Shown piece by piece: positions 53,435-64,000 of a DNA stretch of 64,000 nucleotides. The position numbers and the translations under genes are program-made. The stretch covers positions 4,378,490-4,442,489 of the forward strand of contig OZ199840.1 of assembly GCA_964304625.1 (NCBI GenBank), read 5' to 3'. Below the pieces are notes generated by a model. It had not been told where the DNA came from. It searched no databases and saw only the letters and a program-made list of their open reading frames with translations. The first letter of the stretch is position 1. Each line of letters opens with the position of its first letter. The stretch comes from Kudoa neothunni (taxonomy: Eukaryota; Animalia; Cnidaria).

Positions 53435-55115
53435 CCCTCGTGGGACCAACTGTGGTCATTTGTGGCCCAATTTCGATAATTCAACGTTTTCTCACATATC
53501 ACATTAAGTAAGAGGGTCCAAAGCTTCTGAACTCCTTAATTAGAGTTTGTGATTAATAATTGTAGAGTTATAACGAAAAAAATATATTTACTGATTTAAA
53601 TATTATACTTTTGATATGCGATGTGCCCGCTACTTTATTTAAAGATAGTTATTATTAATTGATATAAAAATAATAAATATTATTAAGATAGCTAATGACA
53701 TTAATTTATTAAAAAATATTATAGCATTACTAAAAGCGCAATGAACGCGTTTTTAAGTTTCATGCGAATGGATTCCGTTCGACTATGGTGAGTATCCAGA
53801 GTTTGTCCTTTAGATTAGTCTTCAACATAAAATGCAATGAATATAGGCATACATTGAATTTCTACTTTAACTCTCTAAGGCAGTGTTTCCTAACATGGGA
53901 CGTGGAAATGTTTAACGATTAATGAACCACTACGGTGGGATGTGGAAAATCCTGAGTATTGTTGTGGCAGGATAATGGTGGGAAATTTGGACATTATGAT
54001 GACTTTGGAGTTAATATCGGTTATTTTTAAGTGACGATTAACATCTTAAAAACGCAAAAAGCGATTCCTCATTATATAAAAATTAATAATAGTTTTTAAC
54101 TTGTCCTTTACCAAAATAGAATCAGAATCGTTTAATCCTTTTTTGACTAAATCTCCTGTAATGTTGATTAATTTTGTATTTATACTCTTTATTATCCGTT
54201 TATTAGCCCCGTATACACAGAAATATATCCCAATGAAGGTTAGATTACATTGGTTTCATTTGATGCTGTTTTTGACGGAATGTAGAACTAAAGATATTAA
54301 TTTTTAAGGTCCATCGATAAATTAAGTTAAATCTAATCGAATACATTTTAATGAAAAAAAGTATATATTAATTGCTTTCAAATTTTAATGTGATATGGAG
54401 CTTTATTCAATATTATAAATAGTTCAAATTGAAAAAATTAATACTTTTGAATAAGGTGGACTCGACAGAAAAATGATTGAGATATATTGCCCTAAAGATT
54501 ATGGGGTCTTTTGGACCCCAAAAGTCCTTGGAGGGTGGTCGTTTCTGCTGACCTTACAGGGTAAAATCAAAAAGGAGAGTCAACAAAATCCCCCATCAAC
54601 TTTAAAATATATTTATTTTTTGTTAAAAAAAAGTTTTATAATCTCCACATCTGAATAATTATATGTTAGTTGGGAAGGAAACTTCCATTTAGTAAACAAA
54701 AATGAAAGTATAATCTAGAGTTGCATACATGTATTAACGAGCTCCATTGGAGGTTGTAGTCATCAAATGCTTGGGGTCTGGTGTTCAAAGTTCCCATTGA
54801 AACTCAACTAAATATTCTATTATTATCGCTAATGCCTTGAAAATGTTATAAAATAACGGTGTCTATATATTTAAGACATTATATCCATTAATATACAAGT
54901 AACATGGGTACTGGTATATGAAGCGATGTAAGCATTTAATAGTAACTTAGCAATGGCAGAAATCTTATCACCTAATTTTTTTAAAACATATAATAAGCAT
55001 AACAACCAGAAGGAGTAAAAGAATTGAACTGTTTAAAAAAATGAAAACGTTCTGGGGCCAAAAATGACCCAAGTTGGTTCCCCGCGTAAGTTTTTTTATG
55101 TCGGCCCTTCGAGGG
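53435..55115 (+). mobile_element. Non-autonomous piggyBac-type element with nested fragments
   Basis: TTAA|CCCTCG...CGAGGG|TTAG; inner inverted repeat ACCAACT..GGTCATTT.TGGCCC with asymmetric spacer; nested hAT start at 53881 and an end of the 32453 family at about 54503-54535. Confidence 0.85.
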
Positions 55116-55923
55116 TTAGTAAATCACCATAAATCACAAATTAATAAAAAATAATCCGTCTCATTACGAAACGTATTGTGATATGCATTTTCATTTTTTT
55201 CTATAATTAATAGATGATCTCAAATATATCTGAAAGCGCTGATCCCTCTTTATAAATTTACGAGACCAAAAAAGCGATACTTAAGCATAAATAGAGTACA
55301 TTTTAAATTTAAATTATATGCGCAGACAATTTAACGACAAAAAAAACAATTTATATTTTATTAAAAATATAATTGGTTAAGTCGTAGCAAATTATATAGA
55401 TTGGGATTGTTTGATTTAGATAAATTAATAAATTAACTAAGCAACGGTTTCATTGAAAAGCCTAATTAATGCTAAGCGTAAACGCTAGACTCGTGTGTCT
55501 GGGGACACAAAAACCCATTGTAATCTCGGGGCGTGGTTGCTCCCTATGGAGATGTAACATCCGATTCAATTATTTCATTTCAATAACCTAGCTAAACATC
55601 AAGAAAAACAAAGTACAAGCACATGTACTCCAAAGGGATAAGTTAACAGGTTTTTGTTTGGATTAGGAATGTTCGAAATAGGGGGATTAAAGGTGTTAGA
55701 ATGAAGGAGCGTAAACGACGAGTATATTCATTTCATAAGATTGGTTTAATTGGTTGTTATAACGATACGGAATTATAATAAAAGCTGAAAGATTGTAACA
55801 ACCTACCAAACAACTGAATTACAGCATAGGTGGTGTATTCGGCAAAAATATTAACCCACCTAAAACTATTTGAAAATTTATCGGAATTTATCGATTGAAG
55901 CAAATCAAAATACTTGAATGTAA

Positions 55924-57558
55924 ATGTTGAGGTATTAAAATCTGATTGAAATTTTGTAGGACATTGGCTGGTCGTGTTGTACTTATTTCTGGCTCCACTA
56001 GAGGGATAGGCAGAGCGGCAGCTATCGCCTACGGAAAACGTGGGGCCAATGTGATTGTAACAGGGAAAACCACAAAACCTCAAAACCACAAACCCTACAC
56101 GATATACGATACCGCTCATGAAGGTTTATTGCGAATGGATTCCAAATTTTATATTATTCTTTTTAGTTGAGAAAGCAGGGGGAAGCGCTATCGCATTGGA
56201 AATGGATATAAGGGATGACGAGTCGGTCGCAAGTGCTATCAAAATTGGAATGAGACATTTCACAATCAACGGATCCGGCTCTCAACTGGACATTCTAGTC
56301 AATAATGCAGGATACATATCACTGACTAACATCGAAAATACCTCGATGCATAAGTATCATCTTCCAACGCTAATATTAGAGCCTTTATAATGCATCATTT
56401 TTATGTAGATATGATCTTATGCATGAAGTCAATCTGAGAGGAACCTATTTATTGTAGGTTTTCGTTTTCTTATGTTGTACTGAATTTTTGAATGTTCATA
56501 TAGATCCAAAATGTGCTTACCTTATTTCAAAGGATCGTCTAACCCTCACATCGTTGCGTATTGTCCTCCGTTGGATCTGAACCTCGGATGGTTTAAGAAT
56601 ATTTCTGGTATCTCATTTGTAGTGCGAACTCAACAAACAAATAAATAAACTTTAGCTTACACTGTAAGCAAATACGGAATGTCTATGTATGTGCTAGGTA
56701 TGTCACAGGAGTTCAAAAGCTACGGTATAGCGGTGAATGGTTTATGGCCCAGGATGGTTGTTGGAACGGAGTCGGTTAAAGATGCAATTTCCGGCCCTGA
56801 AGAAGCCATCATGAAAAAGTGTCGTAAACCTGAAATTATGGCAGATGCAACTGTACAACTTACTCTAAAACCTTCAAATTCATTCACTGGAAATTTGTTA
56901 CTGGACGAAGAACTGTTGAAAGCTGAAGGTATCACCGATTTTCAACAATATCTCATCGATCCAAGTACTTGAAACTTTCAACGTTAACTGAAACTTATAA
57001 TAATCAATTTCAGATGCCAAGGAGCTCTTTGATGACATATTTGTACCTGGAGTTCCACATCCAATGAAAGAACAATTCTCTTCGTGGACTGCTCGAGAGA
57101 AAAATCCAATAAAACTTGGAGAGATTTCTGAAAGTAATAGTTTTTTGAGATAAACATAGTGAAGTTATAACCAACAAAATTAGACATAATAACCAGACTG
57201 AACAAAGCCCTCAAAGACGGACTCCTGGATTCGATCGACAAATCATTTATGTTTGTTGTCACAGCTGATGAATGCATTATCAAAACATTTCACATAAACT
57301 GTCCAGAGAAAAGTTTGTTCAGCTGTTAAATTGGTTTTGGTTTGATTATATTATTCAGAGATCACTGAAGATGATAAAAATGGTGATTTTGATCTTAAAA
57401 TCACCACAAGTGAAGAAACTCTCTCGCAAATATTTTCCGGTAAACTGAATCCCTTTGATGGTTTGATTGAAAGGCGGCTGAGACTTCATGGAGACATCAA
57501 ACACGGAAAAGAACTCACTTTGATGTTGTCAATTTATGCTAAGAATTGCAGAAACTAA
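55924..57558 (+). CDS. HSDL2: Hydroxysteroid dehydrogenase-like 2 (SDR + SCP2)
   Basis: SGSTRGIG, DILVNNAG, AYTVSKYGMSM, VNGLWPR, CRKPEIMADA, and a C-terminal SCP2 domain (IFSGKLNPF...LRLHGD); 9 exons, frame intact. Confidence 0.96.
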
Positions 57559-57816
57559 ATTTATCATCTATCTTCACATTAGTCTATTCTTAAAAATAAT
57601 ATCGTCGAGTTTTTGCTGACGCATCCAAATAAACTGATATTGTTATATTACTGTCATAAAAAACTACCATTTAAATACAGTGATTATCTATTTCTATCCA
57701 GAGAAAAGTTAAGAACTAAGCTGATTTGGAAATACATGTAACGCATTTATAAAATAAAATGCCAGTCAACAAATATAACACATATGATCAGGAAACTAAG
57801 ACGTAGCTATATCTAA

Positions 57817-58586
57817 TCAATCGCATGTTATGCCAAGTGACTCCTTGAAGGACTTTTGTATGTTTTCGAAAACCTGAATAATGTCAATCAAAAATTCAAT
57901 CAATCAATCAATCAATCAGTAGAAAATAAAAATACCTTTTCAGGTACATCTTCACCAGATATGTCACTTACAAGATTGAGCTTCATAAAATGCTCAATAA
58001 TAGGCAGGGTGGAATCGTGATAGATTCGGAAGCGTTTTTTGAGACTTTCAACATTGTCATCGGTTCGATTGCTAACTTCAGCTCGTTTCATTATTCTATT
58101 GATACAGGTCTACAGTTGGATTAAATTATACCACGCAACCAATCACTACTTACATCTTCACTGGTATTCACATAGAGAATACGTTTAACATCGACCAAAT
58201 CGGACATAACATCATTCCAACCGGTGAGATTGTCCAAATTGCGTGGAAATCCATCAATGAGAAACCATTGATTCCAACCAAGTTGTTGCATTTTATTTTT
58301 AAGTAGGTTTAAAGTGATTTTCACGGGAACTATTCGTCCTTCCTTTATATCCCTGCTGATTATTTGACCGTATGGTGAGTCGGATTCCATCTCCTGTCGT
58401 AGCAACTCACCAGCGGATAAATGATGCATTTTATATTGCTAAAATTGAAATAGCATTGGATGTGGTTTGACGATAAAATTTAAAATGAAACTGCATTACG
58501 CGTGACAGTTTTTCACATTGTGTGCCTTTACCGGAACCGGGTGGTCCCAAAACAAAAATTATAGCCGGTCTACTAAGTGCTACCAT
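57817..58586 (-). CDS. CMPK1: UMP-CMP kinase (4 exons)
   Basis: FVLGPPGSGKGTQC, HLSAGELLRQE, GRIVPV, FLIDGFPRN, RTDDNVESLKKRF. Confidence 0.96.
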
Positions 58587-58869
58587 TGTCAATCTAACAA
58601 GCGTGTGATACAGTGTGTAGCTGTGACAAAATAAAGATTTCAACTGGGGATCCGACCACCCCCGAATATAATCTAGACTAGAATTTTACAATAATTAATT
58701 ATGTATTTTATTCGAAAGTAATTCGAACTTTTCGTTAACGTTGACTTGCTATTAAAACACTTATTCATGCTCATAATGGCAACACAGAATTTGATTTATC
58801 AATGAATGCGCAGCTTTTAAATCCATCTTAATAACATTTGTGCTGGATTGTTTGTTGTGAATAGTTGTT
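58587..58869. promoter_or_regulatory. Putative bidirectional promoter CMPK1/AP3D1
   Basis: 283 bp between divergent ATGs; TGCGCA half-motif at about 58807. Confidence 0.5.
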
Positions 58870-61800
58870 ATGGAACGGAAATCGACTTTACTGGTCAAAT
58901 ACCTTCTTGAAAATGGGTCGCTCAATGTGATTTATTCGATTTGAAGTGTCTATTTGATCTAATCGATTGTATAGGGATCCTACGTCACAAATGTTATTTG
59001 CCAAGTAACAAACAGCTTACAATCTCAAGATATGGCGGATAAGATTGCTGCAGTTAAAGATATCGTTTTTGTAAGTTTCTTTTAATAATTATGTTCTTTT
59101 ATTGATGCCACGTTTAAGCGTTAACACCGGATTCACTTGCTTAACTTTTATTTTATTATTAATTATATTATTATGATTAAAAATTTTAATATTAACTGCA
59201 AACGAAGATTAATTTTAGTTGAATATTATATTTTAATCACATTTTTTGTTTATAGTTGTCTTAAATTTAAAATTAATATTAATTTCAATCAAAATTAAAA
59301 AAAGGTAATCACCTTAGCCTGATCTATTTGTATCTCAACAAATAATACTGATAAAATATACTTATTTGTTTTAAAATAACGTTTGGATACCTTGAATATT
59401 ATATTTTGTACGTATAATTCAATTTGATGATTTTTTGGATTGATTAATGCTTATTTGATAAATTTTTTTATTGTTTCCATTGACACCTTCGTGGAGTTTT
59501 TATCTTAATATTTACGTGTTAATTATACTATAGAATATATTTCAATAATTGTCAACCCTTATTTGGTTTAAATTAATGATTTAATATTAGAATTATTCAC
59601 TTTTTCAATTGTTCAGAATAGATAAAAATCAAATGAACATTTAATGAGGTTTTGTTTTATTAAAAAGAAATACATTTTACGCAGCCTACATTAGAATGAC
59701 TTTGGACAATATTAGTTTAACACATCTGATCTGATCTGTTAGATTAGAATTGATATACGTAGGTAAAAGTTGTATAATTAAAATGACTCTATTTTATTAT
59801 GTTAAGTTGAATTTTTGTTTTAAAGCCCTTTTGATTTCAATAACTAAAATTGTATTACTGCCGTTGTCTTTTTAATTTTTGGGTAAATTTCTATTTATTT
59901 AAAAATAAAAAATATTTTTAAATTAAGTTATTCATTAACATAACCTTAAATATACATTTCAAGTTTAATAATTATACAAAAAGCATTTACTTAAAATGAA
60001 CTCTCGATAATGCGTAATTTTTTCTTAGTCCCAAAAAATCACGCAATACCTCAATGTGCATATGTGAAATCAATACAAATAATAATTGTTTTAAAAATAT
60101 TCGTTAATTTGGGGGTTCTCCTCGATTTTCGATCATTTAATGTAATGATTGATTATAAGGATTGTAACCAAAATTAGCATATATGTAATCAGCAGCAGAG
60201 CGATGTTGCACTACCGCCTTTAAGCTACGGTTCGAGATTTAGAACCCTGTCCGCGACTGTTCATTACATTATAATTTACAATGTTTGTTTATTTTGATTT
60301 CATCTTCAATTTTTCTCGGAGGACGAGCAGTTTTCGGTTTTTATTGTAAAGAATTTTGAAGATTTAAAGCAGCATTTCTTAGCCGGAGGTTCGTGAGTGA
60401 TTTCAATAAAATCTGAATCCAATTTTATAATCATACATTCATTGTTATTAGGTATTTTTTTAAATTAGTGTAGTTACTAAAAATTTCAAATATATCCTTG
60501 CATTATTGTTTCTTTTAAGTATTTTATATTTATTACAAGATCTCCTTGGGTTATAATTTAATCTGTATAAAATCCAAAAAAACAAAAGTTATTTAATGAA
60601 AATAAAAAATGTCAAAAATATTTCTTAACCCTTCCTGTACCAAGCTCAAAAAAATTCCGTGTGTGCCCGTGGGGTCCCCGAGAGACCCTAGTGGAAAGCT
60701 GTTTAGAAATTATTTTTTTATTATTTAAACAACTCAAAGCTATTTAAAACATATTTATAAGGAATTTTAACACTTCATATATTATTGTGTATAATCGGTC
60801 ATGAAATCTCACCAATCGATTGGTATTCTACAATTTAAACATCAACCTACGCCAAAATAAATCTTGTATAAATTTTGTTGTCGATATTATATAGTTCCAA
60901 GTATGAAAAAAGTCTAATTTCGAATAAAACTTCTAAATTTATGGAGAGGAGTTCACACAAACCTATCAACATATCAAAATATGGGGGTAACAACAGCACA
61001 GGAGATCATCCACAGGTTATGACAACGCCTTAATCTCAAAATGAGGCCTCCAAACTATGTTATTCATTGAACATCCCTCAAAACCCATTATGATTATATG
61101 ATTAAATTCAGTTTAAACATAATTACGTTGGAACTCTCAACTCTACAACGAAACAACATTCACCAGACCACGATTGTTATGTATTAATCTTTGGTAATCG
61201 TTATATCATAATTTAAATTTTAAAATATCTATCCTAAATTAAAATTGTTTAGATATATTTGATTTAAATATTAAAAAAAATATAAATGAATATTTTGCAG
61301 TCGCATAAATGATTATTTTGAACGAAATTATATGACCAATTAAAAAGTTGAAGCCGTATTTCTTGTTAAAAGTTAAATATAAATTAAAATTTTTACATAC
61401 TGATGTACTAAATTAATAGGGAAGTATTAATGAGATTTCAATAGAATAAATTGCGTTTGTTAGGGATTAGGAGGAAATTATCCTATCTTATTTGGGGTAC
61501 CTAATATACTCCGCCTGGTACTGGAAAGGTTAATGTTGCAGACAATGCATTTAGAATGATTGCTCCTTTTACAACAGCTTATGAATGCGAAACTAAATTT
61601 TTAAGTCCGTTACCATAAAACAAAGTCACGAAATCATTTATTTGATGCACGTTGCTCTTTCAAATTTTTTGTCAGAAGTCTGTGACCTTATTGATAAAAG
61701 CAACTACAAAAATCTCATTAAATATTATTTAAGTGTCTATTATTTATAAATAAATTTTTTATGTATTAATCTCGAATTCTATAAAAAAATACTTCCTACT

Positions 61801-64000
61801 TTGTTAATTCTTTATTTTAATAAACACATTAATTAATAATTATTAAAAACGGAGATTTTATGTAGCAAAAATATTTCGATTATTGTAGGCGCATTTTTCA
61901 TTAAAATTTTTTGGATTTTATTTTTTAACATGTATATATACTAATTCATCAAATTTGGTTTAATTATTTATTTTAAATGTTCTGTGTCATTGTCTATACT
62001 TGGTTAGAATTTTAATAATTTCTAAAAAATTACTCAACATAAATAAGCTCATTTAATTGTCTTAAATCATAAACTTGATATATCTTTCGCTGGTGTTGAG
62101 AACTAAATTAAATTAGAAGGCGCTGTTATATTTACACGCATGCGTCAAAAAAGTATAACTAAAAACTCTCATTTATAGGCTACGTATCTAGTTTATTTTT
62201 GATAATAAATTTAATTTCACTAATTTTAATCTATTTCTAAGCTTTTTATAAGAGTCAGTTAATAATCAGTTAAAGTGAAAACAGCGCTAAAATGAGTTAA
62301 ATTTAGGAAGTGGATTTTTCACCGGTACCTGATAATTCTCTCGCGGAACTGGCAATTCACATGCAATTAATATCTCTAAAATTAACCAATAGAATTTTTT
62401 GAAATTTCATATATTTAAATAACTTGAATAAATATATTTTTTATAAATTTTCGCAAAATACGTACGTTATATTCTAATAGTGGTTAAATAAAAAAAGATA
62501 CAAGTACGCAATTCAATAGATAATCCATTATTGAAAGCTCTCAATGCAAGTTGAAGCAAGACATTATTTTTGAATATTCCTTTATCCATTCATTGTGTGT
62601 CTATTAGTATTACTGAAAATATATCGATATGTAATTTTGTAGTATCGAAAAATGGATTGGTTGGCCTAATTATTCTGCTTTTAATATTGAAGAGGATTCT
62701 TTTCTAGCATTTATAAAAGTTACAATATGATGTCTACTAATAAATATTTATGGTACTTTCTAGTTGATCAAAAGAATTAAACTTCATACCAACGTTAAAT
62801 AAATTCTGATTCATCACTTTGACGCACAAATTGATGAATAATTGTCATTGGAGATTTTTAATACATTTATGATTAAATATTTTGGTATTGAATGTGTTTT
62901 TAAAGTTAAAAAACCTGTTCACACTCAGTCACGTGCTCTATTTTAAGGGCATCTATATAACATGTGTGTATGTTTACATATTTACATATCATTTTATTTT
63001 TATTATGGATTATGTTAATGCATAAATTTTAAACAAGTTTTACCTCATAGTTTTGGAGCTATTAATTGCCTGTATGATAACCAATTCTGCGGGAGATTAT
63101 CAAGTACCTGTGAAGTAGCCAAAACCTTAAATTTATCCGGATTCAAAGACGCTTTTAAAAATTGTTTGTATCTATCTCTTAATGATTTTTTAATCATTTT
63201 AAGATAAAGTAAATTTAGATTTTTACTTTTTTGACGCATATCGCAAATTCTTCATCTAATGAAATCTAATGAAATCTCATTAAAAATGATTGAAAATTCT
63301 TTAAATAATATAATTATATTCTAATTTAAAAAACGCTAATTTTCGTCATTAAGTTGGGAATGTTTGGACTGGACACATCGGTGGCTTCGTTTACTATAGT
63401 GGAATTGATAGGATCTTCTGAGTATTTGGCCAAGGTATAACACGACCCCATCTAGTTTCATTATATTTTTAATTTTACCGATTAGAAAACTGGATATATG
63501 GCCGCAGGATTTTGTTTGAAACAAAACACCGAAGCGCTTACTTTGTGTGTTAATATGTTCAAGAAAGATATATTCAACCAAAATCATTACATTGTGGCGG
63601 GAGTGTTATCATCAGTGTGTCATTTTATGAGTGAAGATTTGGCCAGGAATATCTACAACGAAGTGCACAACCAGGTAAGCATAGCATATTAGGCGATTGA
63701 TAAAACTTGATTCTAATGCCTAAAATTAATTCCAAAGTTGATCTCGAATTCGTCTCACGTACGTAAACACGCAGTTGTAACCTTATATAAAGTCTACAAG
63801 AAAGTATTGAATTGTAATCTAATCCAACTATGAAAAATATGGAATTTTATAGTTTTCAGAAGCCATACCATCTACAATAAATCGATTGGTTGGTTGTCTG
63901 GAGGATAAAAGTTCAAGTATTTATGATGTGGATGAGAAAGTTTCTAAAATAACTCGAACTAAACATTAAGGTGTCAAAATGGTTACTATAAATGTGTTTT
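58870..64000 (+). CDS. AP3D1: AP-3 complex subunit delta, 5' part (runs off the window)
   Basis: KIAAVKDIVF|LGMFGLDTSVASFTIVELIGS...KTGYMAAG...NMFKKDI...SEDLARNI...HVRKHAVVTLYKVY...LEDKSS follows the AP-3 delta N-terminus; intron 59071-63353. Confidence 0.9.
59996..60368 (+). mobile_element. Second copy of the pogo/Tigger-type left segment with tRNA-like module (no SINE)
   Basis: Colinear with 33918-34735 once the SINE is removed. Confidence 0.8.
60629..61529. mobile_element. piggyBac-type MITE in the AP3D1 intron
   Basis: TTAA|CCCTTCCTGTACCAAGC ... GCCTGGTACTGGAAAGG|TTAA. Confidence 0.9.
61535..61720 (+). pseudogene. Charlie-type hAT transposase C-terminal remnant
   Basis: AFRMIAPFTTAYECETKF resembles the LLPFxTTYLCExGFS motif. 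Confidence 0.6.

Noticed and set aside
1-64000. CRISPR arrays, rRNA, prokaryotic operons or horizontally acquired bacterial genes
   Set aside because: No repeat-spacer periodicity or rRNA motifs were seen, and all recognised genes are intron-containing eukaryotic genes.

Overview
AT-rich, gene-dense eukaryotic DNA from a fast-evolving animal. Evidence for an animal origin is a Smad gene and the animal-type CPFC...H...CPG insert in Spt6. Very short GT-AG introns (mostly 28-66 nt) and long-branch proteins suggest a reduced or parasitic lineage, but the taxon cannot be fixed from this window. Spliced genes I could reconstruct by hand: SPT6, an apparently MH2-only Smad, ALG14, RMC1/Mic1, NAT9, an unknown N-anchored membrane protein, NAP1, a rhomboid protease, HSDL2, UMP-CMP kinase and the 5' part of AP-3 delta. 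Intergenic DNA and large introns are filled with piggyBac, hAT, Tc1/pogo, SINE, LINE and Helitron debris. The most interesting signal is a pair of highly diverged paralogous type-I surface-protein genes (35.8-38.9 kb and 49.9-52.1 kb). They are built from FN3-like modules on symmetric phase-1 exons, each with a Cys-stapled loop of 5-82 aa, and both have two conserved micro-exons just before the TM exon. Each gene also lies between transposon ends that could form a composite element. Together this looks like a diversifying surface-antigen or receptor system. A GCGCATGCGC-like (NRF1/EWG-type) motif recurs and lies only about 12-40 nt from several housekeeping start codons. A cluster of homopolymer frameshifts at 16-23 kb is most likely local assembly error. 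All gene models and family calls come from manual reading and remembered family motifs; no searches were run.
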